The notes below the pieces were generated by a model. That model did no database searches. It was given only the letters and a program-made list of their open reading frames with translations, and was not told the origin of the DNA. A stretch of DNA of 64,000 nucleotides from Myxococcota bacterium (lineage in GTDB: Bacteria; Myxococcota_A; UBA9160; UBA6930): assembly GCA_965223705.1 (NCBI GenBank), contig OZ245015.1, forward strand, positions 3,936,001-4,000,000. The letters run 5' to 3'. The position numbers and the translations under genes were made by a program. This document shows, piece by piece, positions 41,323 to 53,457 of this stretch; position 1 is the stretch's first letter, and every line of letters begins with the position of its first letter.

Positions 41323-41814
41323 ATGAAGATCCGATTGACCCTGAACGGCGAGGCGGTCGAAGACGAAGTGGAGCCGAGGCTCCTCCTCGTTCACTACCTA
41401 CGCGAGAACCGCGACCTGACCGGGACCCACATCGGTTGTGAGACCAGCATCTGCGGTGCCTGTACGGTGCTGGTCGATGGCCGACCCACCAAGAGCTGCA
41501 CGATGTTCGCAGTCCAGGCCGATGGCAGCGAGATCCAGACCATCGAGGGCATGGGCACCGCAGACCAGCTGCATCCCCTGCAGCAAGGTTTCTGGGAGGA
41601 GCACGGTCTCCAGTGCGGGTACTGCACGCCGGGTATGATCATGAGCGCCAGTGCGCTTCTCGCGGAAAGTCCGCGCCCGACAGACGAAGAGATTCGCTTG
41701 GCTCTCGAAGGAAATATCTGCCGCTGCACCGGCTATCAGCAAATTGTCGACGCCATTCAGCACGCGGCCGCCATCGCTCGAGGTGAAACCGCGCCGCCGT
41801 CGGGAAGTGAGTAA
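41323..41814 (+). CDS. coxS: CoxS-like 2x[2Fe-2S] subunit
   Basis: [30 protein letters not shown]. Confidence 0.9.
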   Translation: MKIRLTLNGEAVEDEVEPRLLLVHYLRENRDLTGTHIGCETSICGACTVLVDGRPTKSCTMFAVQADGSEIQTIEGMGTADQLHPLQQGFWEEHGLQCGYCTPGMIMSASALLAESPRPTDEEIRLALEGNICRCTGYQQIVDAIQHAAAIARGETAPPSGSE

Positions 41815-44165
41815 TGGCGGCTAAACCGAGCCTGGTCGGGCAACGCATCAAGCGACGCGAAGACCCGCGACTGGTTCGCGGGCTCGCCACCTACACCGAC
41901 GACGTCAAGCTGCACGGCATGTTGCACGTCGCCTTCGTTCGAAGCGACTACGCGAACGGAACGATCCTGAGTATCGACACCAGCGCGGCAGAAGCGCGCG
42001 ACGGCGTGGTTGCGGTGTTCCGCTACGACGACATGAGAGACGACGTCGGTCGCACCCCCTGCGTTGGGATCATCCCGGGAATGAACGACCTCGAACGCCC
42101 CCTCCTGGCGGACGGCTCGGTCCACTTCGTAGGCGAGCCCATGGTCGCCGTCGTCGCGCGTGATCGGTACGTAGCGCGCGATGCCGCGCTGGATATCGCC
42201 GTCGAGATCGATCCCCTCCCCGCCGTGACGGACATGGAGGAAGCCCTGGCGGCCGATGCCCCCCTGGCTCAGCCCACCCTCGGCACCAATGTGTGCTTCG
42301 ACGTGCCGCTGCAAGAGGATCCCGCTGTGGACACGGCCCTATCGAATTCGGCGGCGCGGGTTTCCCTGCGACTGGTGAATCAACGCGTGGCGCCGGTGCC
42401 CATGGAGGGCCGCGGGGTGATCGCGAATTGGGAAGAGGGGCCCAGGAAGCTCACCGTCTGGACCTCCAGCCAGACGCCCCACGGCGACAAACACCAGATC
42501 TCACGGTGCCTGGGAATCCCGGAGCACCGCTTGCGGGTCATCGTGCCCGAGGTGGGCGGCGGTTTTGGCCAGAAAATCCCCACGCACGCCGAGGACTGCC
42601 TGCTCGGTTGGATTTCGCGAAGGATCGGGAAGCCCGTCAAGTGGGTCGAGACGCGGACGGAAAACCTCTTGAACTCCTCGCACGGGCGCGGCCACGTGGA
42701 GTGGGTCGAGGCGGGTTTCTCGTCGGAAGGTCGATTGCTGGCGTTGAAGGGGCGCACCCTTGCCGATCTCGGCGCCTACCCGTCTTACTTCGGCGCGGCC
42801 ATCCCCACGTTCACCCACCTCTTGGCCCCCGGGCCTTACGCGGTGCCGTCGATCGCCTGGGAGCTCGCCGTGGTGTACACGAACACCACGCCCACGGAGG
42901 CGTATCGAGGCGCCGGGCGCCCGGAAGCCGCGTATCTGATCGAGCGGGTGATGGATGCTGGAGCGGCCGAGCTCGGCCTCGATCGCGTCGAGATCCGCCG
43001 CCGCAATCTCATCCCGAAGGACCAGTTCCCGTACACCAGCCCAACCGGAGCGGTCTACGACAGCGGCGACTACTTGCTCACCTTGGACAAAGCCCTCGAA
43101 CGCTTCGACTATTCGGAGGCCCTCGCGCAACAAGAGCGTGCGCGACAAGAGAGCCGGTTGGTGGGCATCGGCGTCGCGACCTTCACCGAGATTTGCGGGC
43201 TCGGGCCGAGCACCAACCAGGCGGCGGAGTTCCGTTCCGGCATGTGGGAGTCCGCCGAGGTACGGGTCGAGCCAACCGGCGAGGTGGCGGTGATGACCGG
43301 CGCGTCGCCTCACGGACAAGGCCAGGAGACGGCCTTCGCGCAGCTCGTGGCCGACGCGCTCGGCGTCGACATCGACGACGTGTCCGTCATCCACGGCGAC
43401 ACCGATGTCGTGACCGCCGGAGTGGGCACCATGGGGAGCCGGGGGCTCGTCGTGGGCGGCACCGCCGTTTACATGGCTCTCGGCAAGATCGTTTCCAAAG
43501 CGACCCGCATCGCCGCGAACCTGCTCGACACCGTGGAGGCTCAAATCGAGTTCACAGAAGGCGTCTTTCGCACGGTAGGCGGCAGCCGGGAGATGAGCTT
43601 CCAAGACGTGGCGATGGCCGCCCACGTCTGGAACGTCCCCGTCCCCGGGGAAGAGCCGGGGCTCGAGGCCGTGGCGCGTTTCGAACCCACGGGCACGACC
43701 TTCCCTTTTGGGGTTCATCTCTGTCAGGTGAGCGTCGACCCCGAAACCGGTGCCTACACCATCGATCGATTCGTATCCGTCGATGACGTCGGGACCGTCG
43801 TCAACCCGATGCTATGCGACGGGCAGCGGATTGGCGGGATCGTGCAGGGTCTCGGCCAAGCGATGTGTGAAGAGTTCACCTACGACGAGAGCGGTCAGCC
43901 CCGTAACGGCACCCTGATGGACTACGCGATGCCGCGCGCGCACATGTTCCCGCGCATCGAGCTCGACAACACGGTGACGCCATCGCCCCTGAATCCGCTG
44001 GGCGCGAAAGGCGTGGGCGAGCTCGGGACCATCGGCTCGACTCCGTGTCTCGTGAGTGCGCTGATCGACGCACTTCGCCCCGTCGGCGTGACGCATCTCG
44101 ACATGCCGCTGACCCCCCAAAAGGTCTGGGAGGCGATGGACGAGGCGCGAGGGGGCAAGGCATGA
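41814..44165 (+). CDS. CoxL-like molybdopterin subunit (form II / xanthine oxidase family)
   Basis: RREDPRL, VGGGFG, AYRGAGRPEA, GQGQET, GAKGVGE. Confidence 0.9.
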   Translation: MAAKPSLVGQRIKRREDPRLVRGLATYTDDVKLHGMLHVAFVRSDYANGTILSIDTSAAEARDGVVAVFRYDDMRDDVGRTPCVGIIPGMNDLERPLLADGSVHFVGEPMVAVVARDRYVARDAALDIAVEIDPLPAVTDMEEALAADAPLAQPTLGTNVCFDVPLQEDPAVDTALSNSAARVSLRLVNQRVAPVPMEGRGVIANWEEGPRKLTVWTSSQTPHGDKHQISRCLGIPEHRLRVIVPEVGGGFGQKIPTHAEDCLLGWISRRIGKPVKWVETRTENLLNSSHGRGHVEWVEAGFSSEGRLLALKGRTLADLGAYPSYFGAAIPTFTHLLAPGPYAVPSIAWELAVVYTNTTPTEAYRGAGRPEAAYLIERVMDAGAAELGLDRVEIRRRNLIPKDQFPYTSPTGAVYDSGDYLLTLDKALERFDYSEALAQQERARQESRLVGIGVATFTEICGLGPSTNQAAEFRSGMWESAEVRVEPTGEVAVMTGASPHGQGQETAFAQLVADALGVDIDDVSVIHGDTDVVTAGVGTMGSRGLVVGGTAVYMALGKIVSKATRIAANLLDTVEAQIEFTEGVFRTVGGSREMSFQDVAMAAHVWNVPVPGEEPGLEAVARFEPTGTTFPFGVHLCQVSVDPETGAYTIDRFVSVDDVGTVVNPMLCDGQRIGGIVQGLGQAMCEEFTYDESGQPRNGTLMDYAMPRAHMFPRIELDNTVTPSPLNPLGAKGVGELGTIGSTPCLVSALIDALRPVGVTHLDMPLTPQKVWEAMDEARGGKA

Positions 44166-45031
44166 TTTCCGAACCCTTCGACTACACCACGCCGACGACC
44201 CTCGACGAGGCCCGCGCCAAACTCGCGGAGGTCGACGGTGCGAAGATCCTCGCCGGAGGCATGAGCCTTATTCCGGCCATGAAGCATCGCCTGGCGAGAC
44301 CGCCCCTGCTCATCGATCTGCGTCGGGTCCCCGGCCTCGGCGACATCGAGTCTCGCCGGGGTCGCGTCCGGATCGGTGCGCGCGTGACCCACGCGTCGCT
44401 CTCGAAGGATCCCCTCCTCGAACCGCACCCGATTTTTCGGGAGGTGGCCCACGTGATCGGCGATCGCCAGGTCCAAGCGCGGGGCACGCTCGGTGGAAGT
44501 TTGGTGCACGCCGACCCGGCAGCAGATTGGCCGGCGGCGTTCCTCGCACTCGACGGCGAGGCGACGGTCGCTTCCGCGGGTGGGGAGCGACAGATCGCTG
44601 CCGACGACTTCTTCCTCGGCATGATGACGAGCGCTCTCGAAAGCGACGAGATCCTGACGTCGCTTTCCTTCACCCTCGAGACGAAACGCGCGGGGGCCGC
44701 TTATCTGAAGGTTCGCCACGCGGCGTCGGGCTTCGCCGTTGTCGGCGTGGCGGTCCAGGTGACGACGGATCGCAAGGGCCGCTGCGACCGGGTATCGATC
44801 GGCATCACGGGCGTGAACCCTGTTCCATTCCGCGCGCGCAGCTTGGAAGCACAGCTCGCGGGTCAGACCCTGAGCTCCGAGGTCTTGCGTGAGGCTTGCG
44901 GTCGGATCGACGAGGCCGATCCGATGGAAGACCCGGGTGCTTCCGCTCGCTATCGGGCCCGTCTCCTCGAGGTATACGCAGCCCGCACCCTCGAACGCGC
45001 CTACGCGCGCAGTCGCGGGACAACACGCTAG
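44162..45031 (+). CDS. coxM: CoxM-like FAD subunit
   Basis: FDYTTP, AGGMSLIPAMKHR, GDRQVQARGTLGG, HADPAAD. Confidence 0.9.
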   Translation: MISEPFDYTTPTTLDEARAKLAEVDGAKILAGGMSLIPAMKHRLARPPLLIDLRRVPGLGDIESRRGRVRIGARVTHASLSKDPLLEPHPIFREVAHVIGDRQVQARGTLGGSLVHADPAADWPAAFLALDGEATVASAGGERQIAADDFFLGMMTSALESDEILTSLSFTLETKRAGAAYLKVRHAASGFAVVGVAVQVTTDRKGRCDRVSIGITGVNPVPFRARSLEAQLAGQTLSSEVLREACGRIDEADPMEDPGASARYRARLLEVYAARTLERAYARSRGTTR

Positions 45032-45040
45032 CCTCGCACC

Positions 45041-45565
45041 ATGTCGTGGCGGAAGTGGCTCGGACTCGAGAAAGACGGCAGTAGCGCGAATCGCGACACG
45101 GCCAGTGTGCGCGAGATCGCGCGCCAACTCGAGGCGCTACCCGAGGAGCAAGCGCGCTTTCTCGCCGCGTTCGCCTACGTCCTCGCGCGCGTCGCGCACG
45201 CCGATCTGCAATTCGATGAGTCGGAGATCGCCGAGATGGAGCGCGCGGTGAGCGGGCTCTCGGAACTCAGCGAGGCCGAGTGCACACTGGTCGTCACGAT
45301 CGCGAAGTCTCAGACGACCCTTTTCGGCAGCACGGAGAACTACGTGGTGACGCGTCAGTTCCGCGAGCTGTCGACGCCAGCCGAGCGAGCGAAGCTCCTC
45401 GATCGACTCTTCCAGGTCGCTGCGGCGGACGGGCGCATTTCGCCGGAGGAAAGTGCGGAAATCTACGCCATCGGGGATGAGCTCGGTTTCAAGCGCAGCG
45501 AAGTGAACGCCGTTCGGTCCCGCTACCGCGAAAAGCTCTCGGAATTTCAGACGAAATCCTCTTAG
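45041..45565 (+). CDS. TerB-family protein
   Basis: LARVAHAD...E and VAAADGRISPEE repeated metal-binding pattern. Confidence 0.8.
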   Translation: MSWRKWLGLEKDGSSANRDTASVREIARQLEALPEEQARFLAAFAYVLARVAHADLQFDESEIAEMERAVSGLSELSEAECTLVVTIAKSQTTLFGSTENYVVTRQFRELSTPAERAKLLDRLFQVAAADGRISPEESAEIYAIGDELGFKRSEVNAVRSRYREKLSEFQTKSS

Positions 45566-46200
45566 GCCTCGCCTGCCAGGAGGCCTTCGGCCTCCCGCGC
45601 GTTCGCGCGCGGTGCGGTCCGCAGAAACTCGCGCACCACGTGGGAGAAGATCTCGGGTTGATCGAGGTACACGGCGTCCCCGGCCTCTTCGATTTCGTAG
45701 AGAGACGCCTTCGGTAGCTGCGTGGCCCACGCACGGAACGCGTCTCGCGCCGCGAGATCCTTGGCGCCCACGACCAGGAGGGTGGAAACCCGGATCGAGT
45801 GGAGCTCTCCGAGCGGCTCCGAAATCGCGCCGACCAGGATCTGAGACGCGACACGATCGGGGTGTGCCGACGCGGCGGACAACGTGAGTCGTGCTCCAAA
45901 CCCGTGCCCGAGCCAGTGAGCGCTCTCGTAACCGAACGCGTCGAGGACAGCGAGCGCGTCTTCGATGAACGCTTCGAACGCGTACGCGTCGCGGTTGCTG
46001 GGCGCTGACGACCGACCATGGCCGAGCATGTCCCACGAGATGACCTCGAACCCGCGCTCGAACTGCTGGACGATCGGCATCATCGCTCGAGCGCTTTCCG
46101 TTTCGTCGTGGAGGAGAAAGAGCGGAGCACCGGTGCCGCGGGATTCCGCGTAGAGGCGTCGCTCCGGGCCGCGCGAGACGAACCGATGCAGCCGGCTCAC
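45562..46200 (-). CDS. Alpha/beta hydrolase fold protein, degenerate catalytic motifs
   Basis: DMLGHGRS, LGHGFG (no Ser), LVVGAKD, EAGDAVY (no His). Confidence 0.7.
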   Translation of the reverse strand: MSRLHRFVSRGPERRLYAESRGTGAPLFLLHDETESARAMMPIVQQFERGFEVISWDMLGHGRSSAPSNRDAYAFEAFIEDALAVLDAFGYESAHWLGHGFGARLTLSAASAHPDRVASQILVGAISEPLGELHSIRVSTLLVVGAKDLAARDAFRAWATQLPKASLYEIEEAGDAVYLDQPEIFSHVVREFLRTAPRANAREAEGLLAGEA

Positions 46201-46904
46201 GTGCGGTCCAGCTTTTTGCGGCGCGCGAGTAGGATCTGCGCTGTGCCGAGGAGCAGTCGCTCGCGCCGCACGTTCTCGAAGCCCGCGCTTTCGAGTTTCT
46301 CTTGTAGTTCATCGGGCGGCGGCAGGTACGCGGTCGAACGCGGCAGGTAGCCGTAAGCGTCGCGATCCGAGAGCAAGGCGCCGATCCGCGGAACGATGCG
46401 GTCGAAGTAGAGCCCGTGGGCCAGCGCGATCCAGGTGCTTTCCGGCCGATCGACTTCGAGAATCGCGAGCCGGCCCTCGGGCTCGAGAACCCGCGCCATT
46501 TCGTGAAGAACCGCGTCGAGATCGACGAAGTTGCGCAGCGCGAAACCGCAAGTGACGACCGTCACGCCACCGTCGGCGACCGGGAGACGGGCGGCGTCCG
46601 AGCAAACCAACCCGTCGGCGACGCCGCGCTCCGATGCGCCGCGGAGCATTTCCCGCGCGAAGTCGAGTCCGACAACGAAGGCGCCCCGTCGTCGCGCGAT
46701 CTCCGCGAGATCTCCGGTCCCGCACGCGACGTCGAGGACGCGGTCTCCGGCGCCCACCCGGGCGTCGCCGAGCAACCGGCGACGCCAGCGCTGGTCGAGC
46801 CCTCCGGTGAGGAGGCGATTCATCAAGTCGTAGCGAGGCGCGATCCGATCGAACATCGCGCGGACCGCCGTCCACTTCTCTTCGCCGACGGGAAGCGGAT
46901 CCAC
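46197..46904 (-). CDS. menG: UbiE/MenG quinone C-methyltransferase
   Basis: MFDRIAPRYDLMN, LDVACGTGD, GFALRN, AYGYLPRS. Confidence 0.85.
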   Translation of the reverse strand: MDPLPVGEEKWTAVRAMFDRIAPRYDLMNRLLTGGLDQRWRRRLLGDARVGAGDRVLDVACGTGDLAEIARRRGAFVVGLDFAREMLRGASERGVADGLVCSDAARLPVADGGVTVVTCGFALRNFVDLDAVLHEMARVLEPEGRLAILEVDRPESTWIALAHGLYFDRIVPRIGALLSDRDAYGYLPRSTAYLPPPDELQEKLESAGFENVRRERLLLGTAQILLARRKKLDRT

Positions 46905-46917
46905 GTGGGTCCTTTAC

Positions 46918-47607
46918 CTAACCGCGGGCGAGGAGCAGCGTCTTGGGATCCAAGTGGACGTGCAGCGCGGAAGTGTCGGGGTTGTCGTGATCTTTCAGGC
47001 AGCGAAGACCGACGGTCTCGGTGCCGGGCACGAGTGAGAGGACCACTTCGATCAAGTCGATGTGATCGCGCAGCGAATCCGGGATCGTGTCCGTCCCCTC
47101 CCCCGGCACCGCATGAGAGAACCACAGTTCGCCGCCAAACTCGGAGGCGATCTCGCTAAACGCTTTCACGTCGTCGCGCGACACTTCATCGAAATCGCAA
47201 CCCTCGACGACGACGAGTTCCGGCGTACCGGCGCCCTCTTGCTCGAGCGCGATGGCCTCGCGAAGTCGGTCGGGACCGAAGCCCTCGGCGGAGTAGGCGC
47301 GAATCGTGCGCAAGCGGTCGACATCGGCGTGGACCCGCGCCTCATCCTCCAAATGGGTGCTGCTCGCGAGGTCTTCGAACACCGTGTCGTAATAAGCCCG
47401 CACATGGGAGACGGTCTGATCGAGACTCACGTGGAGCACGCGGCCGCCGCGGAGCAGATCGTCGAGCGCGACGCTGACCAGAAACGCTGTTTTACCGGTT
47501 CCGTGCCCCGCGAGTACGAGGCCCACGTTGCCGGCACCGAGCCCGCCGTGAAGCCCTTTCTCGAGCAAGCGGAGCGGACTTCGGGCGTTCAAGAATTTTC
47601 GGTACAA
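46918..47607 (-). CDS. RecA/KaiC-like P-loop protein
   Basis: HGGLGAGNVGLVLAGHGTGKT Walker A; TTG start with GGAGG. Confidence 0.7.
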   Translation of the reverse strand: MYRKFLNARSPLRLLEKGLHGGLGAGNVGLVLAGHGTGKTAFLVSVALDDLLRGGRVLHVSLDQTVSHVRAYYDTVFEDLASSTHLEDEARVHADVDRLRTIRAYSAEGFGPDRLREAIALEQEGAGTPELVVVEGCDFDEVSRDDVKAFSEIASEFGGELWFSHAVPGEGTDTIPDSLRDHIDLIEVVLSLVPGTETVGLRCLKDHDNPDTSALHVHLDPKTLLLARG

Positions 47608-47722
47608 AGGGACCTCCGGAATGCATCACCCGCAGATGGACGTAGCCCTAGCGTGCGCGCAACCGGCGCAGGGCGCAAGTCCGGCGTGTCGGGCGGCCGC
47701 CTCGCGGCCGCAGCGCTACCGC

Positions 47723-49813
<2,091 letters not shown>

Positions 49814-49931
49814 GACGGCCCCGTCCCCGCGATAGTTCTACGCATGGAGAGGCGCCCATCGCCTCCCCTTCCCAAGGTGCGTAAAGGGAGTGCCTTTTCG
49901 GCCTACTCCGGTGACGCCCCATCGATCCGAA

Positions 49932-50035
49932 CCGCAATCTGCGGTTCGGGTTCCCCTTCCGACCGACCCGCAAAGTGCGATTCGCGTTCCCCTTCCGACC
50001 GACCCGCAAAGTGCGATTCGGGTTCCCCTTCCGAC
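49932..50035. repeat. 36-bp tandem repeat, about 2.9 copies, upstream of fusA
   Basis: Units start at 49932, 49968 and 50004; consensus CCGCAAAGTGCGATTCGGGTTCCCCTTCCGACCGAC; no spacers. Confidence 0.9.
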
Positions 50036-50217
50036 GATTGATCACAGGGATCCGTTCGACCGGATCGAACGATCGGGTCGGCGCTATCAGGCGAGCGACT
50101 CCGAGCTCTCGGGGAAACGGAAACCGGTTTCGGCAAAACGCAGGTTTCCGTTGAGTGTCGGGACGATAGATGCTTCTCGAAGATCGGCAAGCACCCGATT
50201 CAAACGGATCGGTGACG

Positions 50218-51141
50218 TTAAGCCAGGATATCCCCAGGGGAAATCGAAGATTCCGCGGCGGCAACTTTCTTCGCGTCGCCGACCCGGAGCTTGGCGAGCC
50301 GCAAGCTCCCCCCGTTCGCCGAGACGAGTGCCCCCGCGGGGGAGACTTCCACCACCGTTCCTGCCTTGGTTCCCGCTTGCGCTGGCTCAAGTGAGGCACC
50401 GAAGCAGCGGACGGGCTCCGACCCGAGCTCCGCCCAGGCGCCCGGCTGGGGATCGCATCCGCGAATCAGCCGATCGAGCTCTTCTGCGGGGCGGCCCCAA
50501 TCGATGCGCGCTTCGGCGTCGCCGATCAGGCCTTGGTGTGACGCGCCCTCTTCGGTTTGAGGCACGAACGAAGCGGTCCCCGCCGCGATCGCGTCGACGG
50601 CTTCGGCCATCGCGTCGACGCCCAGCGGATACAGCTTGTCGAAGTAGAGGCTCGCGGCATTGTCCGTCGGCGCGATCGGCACGCCCGCCTTCTGCACCAC
50701 GATCGGGCCGGTATCGACGCCGTCGTCGGGGCGGAACACCGTGACGCCGGCCTCGGGAGCCCCGAGGATGATCTGCCAGGGAATCGCCGCGCCGCCCCGG
50801 TAGGCCGGGAGCACAGAAGGATGGAAGCAAATCGAGCGCTCGCGCGGCGCATCGAGGATTTCGAGGGGCAGGATCGCCGTGACGTACGCGAGGACGTTGA
50901 GATCCGCCCCTAACTCCGCATGCTGTTTCACGAGCTCGGGAATCGCCTCGCCCTTCCGGCGGAAGCGCTTATAACGATATAGGGGGAGCGAGCGCTCACT
51001 GGCCTCCTCGGCCAGCGGGTCCGGGCGCCCGCCTTCCGGGGGTGCGTAGACGCCGACAACCTCGTGCCCGGCCTCCAGCAGGCGGACCAGCACGTCTTTG
51101 CCAAAAGCGGCCTGACCGAAAACCGCGACGCGGAGCGGCAC
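50218..51141 (-). CDS. Formyltransferase family protein (Fmt / 10-formyl-THF hydrolase-like)
   Basis: VAVFGQAAFG, FHPSVLPAYRGG, GVDTGPI, LIRGCDPQPGAW. Confidence 0.85.
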   Translation of the reverse strand: MPLRVAVFGQAAFGKDVLVRLLEAGHEVVGVYAPPEGGRPDPLAEEASERSLPLYRYKRFRRKGEAIPELVKQHAELGADLNVLAYVTAILPLEILDAPRERSICFHPSVLPAYRGGAAIPWQIILGAPEAGVTVFRPDDGVDTGPIVVQKAGVPIAPTDNAASLYFDKLYPLGVDAMAEAVDAIAAGTASFVPQTEEGASHQGLIGDAEARIDWGRPAEELDRLIRGCDPQPGAWAELGSEPVRCFGASLEPAQAGTKAGTVVEVSPAGALVSANGGSLRLAKLRVGDAKKVAAAESSISPGDILA

Positions 51142-51142
51142 G

Positions 51143-51385
51143 CTAGCGACTGGGCGGCTGCTCACCTTCGCGCAGACGGAAGGTGATGAAGCCGTGGGTG
51201 GGATCGTAGGGAGAGACGCCGACCTGAACGCGGTCGCCCGGGATGACCCGGATGCGGAAACGGCGCATGCGACCCGACAGCTGTGCGGTGATGGTCTGCC
51301 CGGTATCGAGCTCGATTTGGTAGCGACCGCCGCCGAGAATCTTTTCGACCTGCCCGGTCGTTTGAATGAGATCGTCTCTAGCCAC
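51143..51385 (-). CDS. infA: Translation initiation factor IF-1
   Basis: SGRMRRFRIRVIPGDRVQVGVSPYD. Confidence 0.9.
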   Translation of the reverse strand: MARDDLIQTTGQVEKILGGGRYQIELDTGQTITAQLSGRMRRFRIRVIPGDRVQVGVSPYDPTHGFITFRLREGEQPPSR

Positions 51386-51438
51386 GGTTGTAAGGTAGCT
51401 TACGCGCCTTTTTCGATCGAGCGCGTGCGAGGGGAATC

Positions 51439-53352
51439 ATGAGCGATCCGATCCGCGAGAGTGATGAGGTCATTGCGCGATACCTCCGGGAAGCGAACGC
51501 GCCGACCTTGTTGATGAGCCTGGTGCACCTGACGGGGAGCACCGACGTCCTGCGGCCCGCGTTCCAACCCACGACCGCAACCTTTGGCGACGATCAAGGC
51601 GGCCTCGATGAGGCGACCCGCGCGGCGATCGCACGCGTCGCTGGCGACGCGCTGCGCGCCTACCGAGACCGGGGCTGCACACTTCCGGCGGCCCCAAGTG
51701 ATGAGACGCTCCTCGAGATGATGAAATTCATTACCGGCGGCGCCGACGTAGACGAGTACGTACCGCTCCTCCTCGAAGAAATGGGCCTCGGAGATCAGCG
51801 CGCGCGCGGCCTGCGCTTCACCGGCGACACGCCGCCCGAAGCGCGGGCCTCGTTTCGCGTGGGAATCATCGGCGCCGGCATGTCGGGCCTTCTCGCGGCG
51901 ATCCGCCTGCAAGAAGCCGGGATCCCCTTCGTCATCTTCGAGAAGAACGCCGATGTCGGCGGCACCTGGCTCGAGAACCAGTACCCGGGCTGCCGCGTGG
52001 ACGTGCCGAACCACTACTACTCCTATTCCTTTGAGTCGGAGCACGAATGGCCGCAGTACTTCTCCACCCAAGACGAGCTGCTCGCGTATTTCCAGGGCTG
52101 CGCCGAGAAGTACGGCCTGCGGCAACACATCCGCTTCGAAACCGAGGTCCGGTCCGCGCGCTGGGATCGCGAAGCAGCGCGGTGGAACGTGACGTTCGAG
52201 GGCCCGGAAGAGAAGACCGAAACGCTTGCGGTGAACGCGCTCGTCTCAGCGGTCGGTCAGCTCAACCGCCCGAAGTTCCCGGACATACCGGGGCGCGATC
52301 GCTTCCGCGGCGAAGCCTTCCACTCGGCCGAGTGGCGCCACGACGTCGACTTGCGAGGCAAGCGCGTCGCCGTGATCGGGACCGGCGCGAGTGCGTTTCA
52401 GTTCGTCCCGGAGATCGTCGACGATGCCTCGCACATCACAATCTTTCAGCGAAGCGCTCCCTGGATGTTTCCCACGGACAACTACCACGACCACGTCGGC
52501 GAGGGCGAGCGCTGGCTGATGCGCAAGGTGCCGTTCTACGCAGCGTGGTACCGCTTCTGGTTGTTCTGGACCTTGTCCGACGGGCTGCTGCCGGTGCTCA
52601 CGGTCGACCCCGACTGGCCGCACCTCGACCGATCCGCCTGCGCAGAGAATGATGAGCTGCGCAACCTGTTGATCGATTACCTGAAGACGCAGATCGAAGA
52701 CGATCCCGAGCTTCTCGAGAAATCGATCCCGAGCTATCCGATCGGCGGAAAGCGCATGTTGCGCGACAACGGCAGTTGGCTGAGAGCACTGCAGCGGGAC
52801 AACGTCGACCTCGTCGCGAACCCCGTCGTCGAGATCACGGAAGACGGCCCGGCCACGAAAGACGGCGCCTCCCCCGCCGACGTCATCATCTACGGAACCG
52901 GGTTCAGAGCGAATGATTTCATGTGGCCCATGGAAGTCGTCGGCGAATCGGGCGTACCGCTCAACGAGCAATGGAAAGACGATCCCCGGGCCTACATCGG
53001 CATCACCGTGCCCGACTTCCCGAACTTGTTCTGCCTGTACGGACCGAACACGAACCTCGTCCACGGCGGCAGCATCATCTTCCACTCAGAATGCCAAGTG
53101 CGCTACGTGATGGGTTGTATCGGACTACTGCTCGAAGGCCAGCACGATTCTCTCACGCCGAAGCGCGACGTCTACGAAGCGTTCAACCGCGACGTCGATG
53201 AAGCGAACGCTCAGCGCACCTGGGGCATGCCCGGAATTCAGAGCTGGTACCGCAACAGCAAGGGCCGCGTGACCCAGAACTGGCCGTGGCGCCTCGTCGA
53301 CTTCTGGTCGAGAACACGAGCGCCGAACCCCGATGATTTTGATTTCGCGTAG
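51439..53352 (+). CDS. Type I Baeyer-Villiger monooxygenase (HAPMO-like, N-terminally extended)
   Basis: GAGMSG, GGTWLENQYPGCRVD, FRGEAFHSAEW (FxGxxxHxxxW), GTGASA, GTGF. Confidence 0.9.
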   Translation: MSDPIRESDEVIARYLREANAPTLLMSLVHLTGSTDVLRPAFQPTTATFGDDQGGLDEATRAAIARVAGDALRAYRDRGCTLPAAPSDETLLEMMKFITGGADVDEYVPLLLEEMGLGDQRARGLRFTGDTPPEARASFRVGIIGAGMSGLLAAIRLQEAGIPFVIFEKNADVGGTWLENQYPGCRVDVPNHYYSYSFESEHEWPQYFSTQDELLAYFQGCAEKYGLRQHIRFETEVRSARWDREAARWNVTFEGPEEKTETLAVNALVSAVGQLNRPKFPDIPGRDRFRGEAFHSAEWRHDVDLRGKRVAVIGTGASAFQFVPEIVDDASHITIFQRSAPWMFPTDNYHDHVGEGERWLMRKVPFYAAWYRFWLFWTLSDGLLPVLTVDPDWPHLDRSACAENDELRNLLIDYLKTQIEDDPELLEKSIPSYPIGGKRMLRDNGSWLRALQRDNVDLVANPVVEITEDGPATKDGASPADVIIYGTGFRANDFMWPMEVVGESGVPLNEQWKDDPRAYIGITVPDFPNLFCLYGPNTNLVHGGSIIFHSECQVRYVMGCIGLLLEGQHDSLTPKRDVYEAFNRDVDEANAQRTWGMPGIQSWYRNSKGRVTQNWPWRLVDFWSRTRAPNPDDFDFA

Positions 53353-53418
53353 CGCAGGAGCCGGTGATGCATCCCGCCAATGCGACCGCTCCGCTCGCGT
53401 CTTAAGAGCCCCTCGAGG

Positions 53419-53455
53419 GCTGAGGGTGACCGGAGCGTCTCCGGCCACCCTCAAC
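53419..53455 (-). terminator. 17-bp GC-rich stem-loop just downstream of the SEC-C gene
   Basis: Minus RNA GUUGAGGGUGGCCGGAG-ACG-CUCCGGUCACCCUCAGC pairs fully using two G-U wobbles, which are mismatches on the plus strand; no clear U-tract. Confidence 0.6.
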
Positions 53456-53457
53456 AG

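Noticed and set aside
41814..44165. Bona fide aerobic CO dehydrogenase (form I)
   Set aside because: Motif is AYRGAGR rather than AYxCSFR, and gene order is SLM
49932..50035. 36-bp repeats as a CRISPR array
   Set aside because: Units are head-to-tail with no unique spacers and no cas operon nearby
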